The translations under genes and the position numbers were made by a program. Shown here piece after piece: positions 51,796 to 63,040 of a stretch of 64,000 bases of DNA; within the stretch, counting starts at the first letter, position 1; each line of letters begins with the position of its first letter. The notes below the pieces were generated by a model. That model was not told where the DNA came from and ran no database searches. It saw only the letters and a program-made list of their open reading frames with translations. Origin of the DNA: Gnetum montanum. Taxonomy: Eukaryota > Plantae > Gnetophyta. The DNA lies in the NCBI GenBank assembly GCA_015680685.1, contig MNCI01000596.1, positions 460,875-524,874 on the forward strand, written 5' to 3'.

Positions 51796-53700
51796 TATTT
51801 TGGATCTCTCCCTTTCAATTCAGTCATGGGGGAGATGGCCACCTATGCTGATCATTTGAGGCCCTTAGTTCTTTTTAAATTTTTGTTTCACACATTTTTG
51901 TTTTACAAATTTCTTTAACTTTTCTTATTTTTTTTTAAAACATCGTTTATACTTTTTCATTTCTTTGTGTGTTTGATTACTTTGTTTGATTTGTCACTTA
52001 TTAAGTGCTCCGAAGATGGTATGAACTGTATTCCATTGATTGCTAATGTTTGGTTTTTACCTTTAAGTTATGATGTTAATACGAAGGTATGGTTCTTTTG
52101 ATATAGTAGACAATGAGTCCACTTCATCCATACCTCCATAAAATTCTATGGTCTCTCTTGGCTTGGAACTGTACAAGTCCCTTTCTCAATAATAAGAACT
52201 ATCAACGAATCGGTGACTGGGTATTTCTCAAACTAAGGAAGGACTCAAGGATTGAAAAGGGTGTGACTTCGGGGGGATTTGATGCACTTGTGTTGGCCAT
52301 TCTCTTGGGTGCTTAGATGTTTTCTTCTTGAGTTTTCTTACCATTTCGACATTGCCGCATTATCGAGAAGCTGAGCAAATAAAAATAATAAGTCTTTGCA
52401 TGGTGTGGTTCTCACGCAAAAACACAAAAAAAAAAAAAACAGTGAGAATTCAAAGCACGCTCCTTAGATGAAATAATCATTTGGGCTACAAGCACTAGTT
52501 ATGGAACTAAAATAAATATGTTCCCTTCTCGCTTCCTACTCTCTCCTCCTTTGTTTTGTTAGAATGGTGGTGGCTCTTTGATGAAGGCATTCTTGTTACT
52601 TCCAATGGATGGATGGGCCGAATGTATTAATGCAAACTCACTGCATGTGTTTTGTTTGAGGCTGAATTTGGAATGGGATATACTAAGTCACATTAACCAT
52701 TAATACACAAAGGGCTATACATCACCTTGTTCTTGAGATTCCATTCTATTCTCTTCTTTCCATCCTTCTTTCCTCATTTATCAGCTCATTGACGATTGTA
52801 TCTGTAGTTCATATTTTTGTGGATGCATTGTTTTCTTTTTGGTAAATTCTTGTGGTTAAGACTTTAACTCTTGTCTCCGAATGACATTCTTAGAGCCTAC
52901 AGACTCTTTGAATGTGGGATTGTTAGGGCATTAAGAGCATGAGCCTACTTTGGGGAGGACCCACTGGCATTCCTATTTGGTGCATTCGTTAATTTCTTTC
53001 CCTTAAACATTTTTGCAATTAACATTTATTTGTTCATCTCCATCTTTGACATCCATTTTATTGACATGGTCGTTGTCTCTTTTTATTCATCTTTCTTATT
53101 CCTTCTCTTTTTCCATTCTATTGCTATCGAAGGTTCGCTCTCAGTCATGGGGGTCCTGGTCCAATTTTTTTGATTTTCTCCTAACCCCTACACCTCGAGT
53201 AGCCACCAATATTATATCTCCAAATCCGTATCAGCCATATCACAACTCAACCAATGGACCTTACACTGAGGCAAGGTATTAACTACATTGTGATTCATTT
53301 ACCCTTGCTAATATTAGACTGTGTTGTGTGTGTAGATAGCAATCATACAACAACAGACTGGATCTGGAGGAAACACTTGGAATGAACTAGTGTTGAAGTA
53401 GTTATGCAAGGAACGAGATTGATGGTGCGCTTATGGATGGACAACAAAAGATGCAATCTTGGCGTTCGCAGTAGCAAACTTCTTCTTTTCTCTCTCTCTT
53501 CTCTCTTCTCTCTCAGCTGCCAAATAAGGCTGGATGTCAATTATGTATAGTGTTCACTCTTGTTGTCATAAACACTCGATTTTGCCATGTATTGTAATGA
53601 TGATCCGTTCACATGTCATCCCATTCACCATTAGTTCCATTTAAGTCAATAATCTCATACCTTCCCAATATTTTGTAAGGAACTCAAGGAAGAGTTTTTA

Positions 53701-53716
53701 TTCAGTCATGGGGGTA
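53701..53716 (+). promoter_or_regulatory. PPT-like motif before the 3' LTR of B
   Basis: TTCAGTCATGGGGGTA directly abuts the LTR TGATG; the same motif precedes the LTR of D. Confidence 0.8.
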
Positions 53717-54511
53717 TGATGGGACGTGATATCGCATAGGCCGCGATATTGCGTACGCGATATTGCGTATGCGATATTGCAGCCCGTCGTCTTGTCCATA
53801 AATAAGAGGAAGCTTTCCCTTGTTTCTTCATCTAGATCTAGACCCTTAGCGAAACTCTGGTAGTTTTACCCTTCCAGAGATAGAATAATTTCCATGTGCC
53901 TACAGTAGGAGTCTCAAAGTGAACAGATCTTTATTCAAGCAAATTTGTACCTGAGCACACATTTGTGTACGGAAATAAAGACAAACTTTCTGATAAACCG
54001 TGCAGTGCATGGACTAAGCTAAATAGGACTTAATTAATGTTAAATGTTTAAATGATTTATTAGTTAATTAAATCTCTCTCAACCCTTAACTCCTAGTTAA
54101 GTGCATTTAGTATGACCGATTCGAGCATGTGCATTACGCTTGGTAACCCAGTAACGAATAGCGTTTGGTAATCCTAGCAACATTGCATTGGTTCAGGGTG
54201 TGAACGGTAAGTGGGACGAATATTGATGCTAGGGCATTAGAACTTAGTTAATGAAAGTTAGCCACGTAGTCTCTTCACCCTTTTCCTCATTAGCATAGAC
54301 GATAAAAGAGAAAAGATATAAAAATCACATACCTCAAACTCATTTAACCATACAACCATGAAAAATACAAGTGAGTTTGGGAAGACAATGATTAATTAAC
54401 CTTAAGTGTTCCATAAGGCGTGTAAGCACTTAGTCTGCGGAGTTCAACCAGATCGCACGTGTAATGCTCATATTTGTATGGTTGAGTGTAGGGGTACCTC
54501 GCCACTCATCA
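53717..54511 (+). repeat. 3' LTR of element B (795 bp)
   Basis: Direct repeat of 47475-48275, followed by the TSD CATAG. Confidence 0.95.
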
Positions 54512-56159
54512 CATAGCAATGCAACATGAGCCCTTTAAAAATAGAGTTCACCACATATCAAATGCTCAAATCAAAGAATTAGAGCATACAAACATTAAAG
54601 TAAGAACATGGAATAAATCAAAATATAAATATTGAATGTAAGTTTTTTGGTATATGATACACATCGAAGATACACATATATATCCAAACTTGATTGGATG
54701 AAGAAACTACACCCAATTCCATTACATGCCCATGATACTTATCCTTCCAACCTGAGAAAGCAACAATATCCAAGTTTCAACCTTCATTCATGGCACCTAA
54801 CATAATCTTTCAAATATATTACCTTGTCATAACTCACCTAACTGACACATGCCTTATTCAAATTCTAATCACAAGTACTAAGCATGTACTTGTGTACCAC
54901 TATTCTTTCTCTATGCCTACATGAATAAAACAAAGTCATATAATAGTATTGCAAGAATCTATATTTTACTTATTTCAACTATAACTATTACAAAGTCTAC
55001 ATTTGGTCATCAATCAATAGCCATTATGGCACTTTCTACAATCTAGTGACTATCATAACACTATCGGCTCATCAACATTACATTAATAACTAAGATCAAT
55101 CACCACTTACTATCATGGTGACATCCTTACATATGACACCACCCTTGAGTTCCAAGTCAGTAAGGAAACAAGGGAAGAGTCAAGATGAACTATACCTTAG
55201 TGTTCATAACACCACAAGAGAGCCATGACACCTATTAAATAATGGTTACAAGTGTACCAAGTATGCCTTAGGAAACATGCATACATGATGACCCAAGTCA
55301 TACACATGCACATACATGGGGTACACCACAGCACAACATGATGTAAGACATCACAACAAGACAACAAGAACTAATCTTATGTAAGCCACATCCAATCCTA
55401 TGTCCCTGCTTCATAGATAAGAGGTAGTGCTCAAGCCTCAAAGCCAAAGCCCCTCTGCAATCCTACATATCCTTGTGATACTGTTCACAAGGAATAAAAC
55501 AATGTAGTTCTATAGGGATTGTTATTGACGGTTAAGATAGCATAGAACCTATAAGAATCTCCACATTCATCTGACCCTCATTTTAGAGAGAAAAAACCTT
55601 TAAATCACCAATAAGACATGCTTTCTTATGCTCTCCCCTACTTGAAAAAAGTGATGCCCTTAAAGCTTAAGTCTTTTTTCATTCATTTTCCAAATATGAA
55701 GAACACATTAGACATTGAGGAAAATTAAATAACTAAAAGCCCATTTGATAGTTCCATACAAAAAGGTCCAAGGACTAGGGTTATTCAACCATAAAACACA
55801 AAATTTAAACTCAAATTAACATCCAAAAAAGACTTAGAGATGTTTATGCAACTTGGATTAAGGAAGAAAAAGTTTATATTTTTTCATGTAAACTATACCA
55901 ATCTTTCTACCGAGAGTGAAATATATTTGCTTAACATGCAAGCTAGTTTTCTACCTTTGACAATGATACGAGACTGTAGAGTTAATTCTCTACATTCAAG
56001 GGAAGGCTACCTTATACCTTAAGAGAACCACTTCCCATGCCTAGAGAAATCTTGACACTAGCTTCAATAGGGATCTTTGGAACTTTAGCCTTATTGTGAC
56101 ATCATTCAACTCCTTAATTTAGGAGAAACATATTGGTTCTTCACATCTTAGAAGTGGTC

Positions 56160-57278
56160 TGATGAGACACAGATTGCACAAGCCATGATATCGCGTACGC
56201 GATATCGTGTACGCGATATCGCAGCCGCCGCGATATCGCATCCCCTGCGATATCGTGTACGCGATATCGCGTCTCTCCATGTGATATTGCGTACGCGATA
56301 TCGTGGTCCGCCGCCATATCTATAAATAAGAGGCGGCACTCCCTTCATTTCCCAATTCTGGCTAGAAGTAGCGAAGCTCTGGCAGTTTGAACACTCTAGA
56401 GTTAGATTAATTTCCCATGTGCCCGCAGTAGGAGTCCTAGAGTGAACGACTCTTTATTCAAGCAACTTTGTAGCCTGAACACAAGTTGTGTACGACAATA
56501 AAGATGAACTTGATTGGGTAAACCTTGCAGTACATGGTTTTATTTTGTTGTTATTTATTGCTTTCCTAGTGCACACGAGTACGACTTGATTACGAGCATC
56601 TACGGATGTGTACGGCTAATCAAGGAATTGGCTACTCGTCGCAACGCGTGAGTATGACTTGATTACGGGCATTGTGATTGCTTGGTAACCTAGTACCATA
56701 TCCCAGGATCTGCACTTGGTAATCCCAGTGGTAGTCCAATGTGTACGGCTGGTCAAGGAATCGGCTACTCATCGCTAGGCTAGAACGTGTGATAAGTACG
56801 ACTTGGCTACGAGCACCCACGGGTGTGTACGGCTAGCCAAGGAATCGGCTGCTTATCACACTTAGGCTAAATAGGTGCCTCAGTACGACCACTTCGAGCA
56901 CTTGCGTTACGTGTGGTGATCCCAGTAACGATTAGCGTTTGGTAGCCACAGTTGCATAGTTCAGGGTGTGTCCGGTAAGTGGGAACGGATGCTAACGCTA
57001 GTTAATTTAGACTTAGGACATTAGTTAGAGTTAGTTAGTTTCTCAACCCTTTCCCTCATAGCTTAGGAGATAAACTGAAAAATACCAAAAAAATCATATA
57101 CCTTAGACTTGCTTAACCATACACTGTGACACATACAAGCAAGCCTGGGAAGACAATGAACGATTAACCCCAAGCGTTCCTTGTGACGTTAAGGCATTTA
57201 GTTTACGCAGTTCAATCGGATCGCGCGTACACGCTCATATTCGTATGGTTGAGTGTAGGGGTACCTCGCCACTCATCA
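56160..57278 (+). repeat. 5' LTR of element C (1119 bp)
   Basis: 7-bp terminal inverted repeat; TATAAATA at 56321; homologous to the B LTRs plus an internal ~290-bp hairpin-repeat expansion. Confidence 0.92.
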
Positions 57279-57279
57279 T

Positions 57280-57297
57280 TGGTGCCGTTGCCAGGGA
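57280..57297 (+). promoter_or_regulatory. PBS (tRNA-Asp type) of element C
   Basis: TGGTGCCGTTGCCAGGGA. Confidence 0.9.
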
Positions 57298-57420
57298 TTA
57301 AGTGTTTTTATGCCAATTGAACATAAGGGATATCACTCACATCATTGTGAGCTTTAAACGAACCTTAGGGTTAATCAGTTAATTAAGAACATAACTAACG
57401 ATAAATAGCACACCATTAGG

Positions 57421-60400
57421 ATGGCTTCTTCTCATGAAATCAACTCACCTAAGGACAACACAGGAGATGGTCAGCATCAGACGCATAGCTCAGACCAGCC
57501 ATGTCCTAAACAATCTAAGGTCACATATACTCATCCTGATGAGTATGTCCCTGACTTTACTTTTATTCTCCATCAAGATGAACAACTGCGATGGAGAGAT
57601 CTGCAAGGTAACATCGTGTTACTCCCAAATAGATCTACCCCTAACATGCTTTTCCATGCCTTAGTACAGATTGGCATGCAAGAAATGTTTGTGGAATACG
57701 TTCTGGATGATTATGACATGAGGGATTATCATCCCACAAATGCCCAAGGTATTCGGGACGAAAGGCAGGAGAGCCAACATTCATTGTTGAAGGGCAAGGT
57801 CCCCCATGTCATTAGTTAAATAGGAGACGAGGAACCCCTCACAATGGGTTTCTTAGAAAATGATGTTCCTCCTCCTCACTCTGGTGAAGTGGTAAAGCAT
57901 CAGGGCCTTCGATCAACTGTACATGCTACAGGCTCTGATCCTCGTGAGCACCAACTATTCATGGCAGGAACAACTACTCACACTAAGGACAGACACTTAG
58001 ATCGTCACAACGATTAGGGCCAAAGCAGCCGAAGAGAAGGTAAGAAACATCACCACGATGATGGATCCCTTTCCTCTTCTCCTTCATCTCACCATTCACA
58101 CTCTCCTTCCACATCTAGGTGCAACCATCGTGAGCATAATGGAGAAAGTAAAAGTAAAAGGGAAGATGAAATACCTCGACAAGAAGGTCGAGAGGAGTTA
58201 GGACAAGGGCAAGGACGTAGGGAGAGTAGGGAACCACCACGAAGACATCACAGACGTCATGAAAGAGATGATCATGATGAACCCCTACTCACAACCCGAA
58301 GTATGCTTAACATAACAGAGGTAGTTAGGATTCCCACAAGGCATTTAAAGGATAGTCAGATCAAGCGATTAGACATGAACAACATCCCACGATTTGAAGG
58401 GGGATACAATGCTGATCCGCAAAATCATTTGCAGGCATTCCACGATGCCTGTGTCTTGCAAAAAATTGATAGCGAGTGGCAGAAGCTCAAGTTGTTCCCA
58501 AGGACACTCATCAAAGAAGCAGAGAGCTGGTACCAGTCCTTAGAACCAAAAACCATCAGGAGGTGGAGTACGATGCTTGAATTGTTCAATAACAAATATC
58601 AAACGTACTCTAGAGTGTCCAACTTGCGTAAGCAGATCCAAGGCTGGAAACAAGGTGCTTATGAACCCTTGGATGTTGCCATGGCCCATTACTATACATT
58701 GCTACATCGTTGCCCGGGCCATGGGTACGCTAAGCGGGATCAACTTCGCCACATCGTGGATGGGCTAAGAAATGAAACGAGAAGAACTCTTGGGACTTAC
58801 GCCCAAGGGAGACTCTCCCAAATAAGAGCCCATGAAGTTGAAAGCTTGTTGGAACAAGTAGCGTAAGAAGAAGGTGAGCTACGGAAGAGAGAAAGTGCAG
58901 AAGAGTACAATCGCGATCCCTCCCTTCGCAAGAAGGGAGTGAAATTCTGTGATGAGGAGGATGAGTCACCACTCGAAGAGTTGATGAACCAGAAAACCTT
59001 GCCGATCCAAAAGTTAACAACAGAAATAGCGGCTAAGGTAGACGATGTATGGAGTTCCTTAGAATCTAAAATAGAAACAGTTTTAAAAATCGTAGAAGAG
59101 TCTAAGGTAGAGCAAAGTAGTGACAAAGGCAAAACCAAGCGGAGAAACTTAAACCCTGCACATAACAAGGGTAAGGGAAAAATTCCTATCTCCGATGAGG
59201 CTGTAAATTCTGATTCAGACAATGATAGTGGATGTGAGGTCTGTTACTATGACCATCCTATGGGATGTTGCCCAATTATCTCACATCTGCAGGAGTCTGG
59301 GGTGTATGCGCTAAATCCAAGACTTAATCAACGACAAACACCCCAAAGGTTACCTTATCCACAAGGTAACCCAAGGAAGTTCCACCAACCACTAACATAT
59401 TATCCAAGTGGAATGCCTCCATAGCCCATTGGACAACACCAGCAGTGGCAATACCCACAGTCATGGGGGATGCCACCGCCAACACATCAATACCCTTACC
59501 AGCAGCCCGATCCTTGTGGTTATTATGCTCAGCAGCCAGTTTTTGTAGGTGACTCTACGGTCATAAAACCTCCATGTTACTACCGAGTTCAGGAATATTT
59601 TAGAATTCCTTCCCCTTCGGGAAACACCACATACCCACGATATCCTCCAGACCCATCCGCACCTCTTACGCCGATGGCTGCACCACCAACTACCCCAACA
59701 AAGCCCAGAGTAAATCCCACTCAGCCACGACAACCCAACACTGCGAGGGCCCCTAAGCCTTCAATCTCGGTTGGTTCTAACAATCGTTCACCAAAAAGAG
59801 CCTTCCTTAGGACCAACAATCCAACTAAGCCTTCGCCCTCACAAGCAGTTGGGCATCCTAACACTCCCACAACTAACGCGGTTTCGAGAAATCCTCCAGC
59901 AGCGAAATCATGTCCAATGCATACAGTTATGTTAACACATACAGTAACTGACTGGATCAAAGTTGGCCACCTTCCAAAGAAATTATCAGATCCAGGAGTC
60001 CCCTTAGTTTACCTTCAAGTCGCTGGGAATGAACCCCATAAGGCTCTTCTTGATTCAGGTTCCAGGTTTAACTTAATCTCACAAAAATTGTACAAGACCT
60101 GGAACCTGCCTCCACTCAAGAAGAGCAACGTTCGCCTCGATTTGGCTGACTAGTCCATCACTATTCCTCTGGGACAGGTTGAAGACATCGTTACAATTGT
60201 CGGTGGATGGTCATATCCAGCCGATTTCCTAGTGATCGAAATAAATAATGACAAAGGGGATTTCCCAATTATCATGGGAAGGGCATGGCTAAATACAATC
60301 GACGCCCACTTAGGAATTCATAACCTTTCCCTAGAAATATCCAAGACAAATACGTTTGGGAAAATTGAGAGGAAAAGAGTTCCATGCATCGCATATAGTG

Positions 60401-63040
60401 ACACAGGGTGTCATTGCGTGAAGAAATCATGGGTAATGCAAAGTTTAACATTGCTTGCATGCGATCGGTGTGCACAGGATATTAATATACAAAAGTGCCT
60501 ATATGCAACAGCCACATAACAAGAAAACACCCAGTGGCTAATGGCTGATAAGGATAGTGACCCGACTACCTGCCTGGAACTAGCTGAGGGAATAACTAGT
60601 GCTTACTTGGAAAGCACAGACATATTGGAGCAAGTCCGTTGCCAACTTCCAGCCTTTAACTCCGAAAATATTAATTGGGGGAAGTTGGAGATTCCAGAGG
60701 AGTTTAAACAAGAACCCCTAGAGTTAAAATCATTACCCACTGGTCTAGAATACGTGACCCTCAAAAAATGGAAAATCGATGATCATCAACGCAAAGCTCA
60801 TGCCCACGCAAAAAGAAAGTTTGCTAAGGATGATAAACAAGTGGTTCACTGCCTTTGCTTGGTCATACCCTGAACTAATTGGAATAGATCTGTGGATATG
60901 CTAGCATAGGATCTATACAGACCCCTCTATGAAACCTCGTAAACAATCCCAGAGGCAACTGAACCCAAAACTAAAGCAAATAGTAAAAGAGGAGCTAGAG
61001 CAACTTCTCAAGGCTGGGTTCATTTACCCTATCGCTGACAGCGAATGGGTTAGCCCTCTTGTCATCATACTGAAAAAGGGAGATAAGTGGAGAGTATGTA
61101 TAGATTTTAGGCTATTAAATATGGCAACATTCAAAGACCATTTCCCATTGCCATTTGTGGACCAAGTCTTAGACACTATAGCAGGGCATCGCTATTACAG
61201 TTTTCTGGATGGATATAGCGGATACAACCAAATACGCATTGCACCAGAAGACCAAGCCAAAACAACGTTCACCAGTCCCTGGGGAACGTTTGCATATAAA
61301 CAAATGCCTTTCAGTTTGTGTAATGCACCTGCCACGTTCCAACACTTACTTCTAAGTATTTTTCAACAATAAATAAGCAATGGAGTAGAAGTCTTCATGG
61401 ACGACTTCTCCACTTATGGAATGAACTTTGATCAAGCTCTCAACCGGTTAGAGCAAGTATTGAAACGATGTGTTGAAACCAACCTTAAGCTCAACTGGCA
61501 AAAGAGCCATTTGATGGTTCAAGAGGGCATCGTGCTGGGGCACAAAATTTCGCAATCAGGAATCGAAGTTAACTCAGAAAAAATTAAAGTCATCCAAAGA
61601 ATCACTTGACAACCAGAAATCGTTAAAGATGTGAGGTCATTCCTTGGACACACTGGCTACTATAGGAGGTTTATTGCAAACTTTTCAAAAGTTGCCAAAC
61701 CGTTGGTGGAATTAACAAAGAAGGATGCACCATTCGAATGGACCAGGGAATGTGAACAAGCATTCCAAGCTCTTAAACAAAGGCTTGTGGAAACTCCCAT
61801 TCTATAGGCACCTGACTGGTCCAGACCATTCCATATCATGACCGATGCATCTAATTATGCTTTAGGAGCTGTATTGGCATAATTAGATGAACAAAAACAA
61901 CCTTATTACATCCATTGTGCTAGTAAAAGTATTACCGGTGCACAACTTAACTACACAACTACAGAAAAAGAATTAATGGCTGTTGTGTTCGCACTGGATA
62001 AATTTAGGCACTATGTATTGGGTTACAAGGTATATATCCACACAGATCATAGTGCAATTAGGTTCCTTATGAATAAGCCCATGGTTAGCCCACATATCAT
62101 ACGTTGGCTCGTGATTCTTCAGGAGTTCGACTTAACTATTGTAGACCGCAAGGGCACCGAGAACATCGTCGCCGATCACCTATCTCGGTTACGATGGGAC
62201 AACAAAGAGGACGAATACGCAGTATCTGACCATTTTCCTGATGAGACCCTCTTTGCTGGTGTAATAAATAATCAACCCACGGAAGTAAACTGGTATGGCG
62301 GCATTCTCACTTATCTCACCTCACAACAATTACCATAGAGATTAGACTTTAGGAAGAAACAACAGTTCCTTCACAACATCAAATACTTTATGGAAATCGG
62401 GGGACAACTCTATAAAGTCTGCCCCGATGGCCTAGTTCGATGGTGTGTACCCGATCAAGATCAATTAAAAGTCCTCTAGGATGCTCATGAGGGCCCTTGT
62501 GGTGGTCATTATGCGGGGAGATGAACGGCCGCTAAAATCCTGCTTGCAGGATATTATTGGCCAACACTATTTCAGGATGCCCATCACTTTGCTCAATCCT
62601 GTGAGCGCTGTCAACGTGATGGGGGAATGACTGCTAGGATGGAGGGTCCACAACAATGGATTCAACCTTTAGAACCCTTTGACATTTGGGGGATTGATTT
62701 CATGGGACCGATTACACCAATGTCCAACGGAAAAGCATATATAATTGTTGCTGTTGATTATTTAACCAAATGGGCTGAAGTAGCCACCGTAACAGATTGC
62801 ACATTAGCTACAGCTGCCCGATTTGTACAGCAACAAATCATTAACAGGTTTGGTGTACCACGTGCACTTATTTCTGATAATGGAACACATTTTACAGGAG
62901 CAACCTTTAGAAAGTTGATGCAACGCTTAGGGGTTGAGCATAAACTAACCCCACCTTACCACCCCCAAGCTAATGGTCAAGCTGAAGTTACTAATAGGGA
63001 GATTACCAGAATATTAACACGAACAATTAGCAAATTTAGG
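57421..63040 (+). pseudogene. gag-pol of element C, with in-frame stops and one frame change at ~60765
   Basis: Gag core, CEVCYYDHPMGCC knuckle, PR ALLDSGSRFNLI, RT WVSPLV...CIDFRLLN...FLDGYSGYNQI...FMDDF, RH TDASNYALGAVL...YTTTEKEL, INT CGGHYAG...WGIDFMGP...ISDNGTHF...YHPQANGQAE. Confidence 0.95.

Larger units (their letters stand above)
47475..54511 (+). mobile_element. Athila-like element B: two LTRs, non-autonomous (RT-RH-INT deleted), 7037 bp
   Basis: Two homologous LTRs TGATG...CATCA; 5-bp TSD CATAG at 47470-47474 and 54512-54516; PBS and PPT. Gag-PR jumps to the post-pol region at ~51795. Confidence 0.95.

Noticed and set aside
56878-56990. Similarity to the rRNA sarcin-ricin loop (CTCAGTACGA...GGAAC)
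   Set aside because: Only a short match; AGTA pairs with TGCT/TACT in all module copies and there is no other rRNA homology.
57421-63040. Nearly all stops derive from CAA/CAG/CGA, suggesting RIP-like hypermutation
   Set aside because: Transitions can only create stops from these codons or TGG, so the pattern is expected from ordinary methyl-C deamination.
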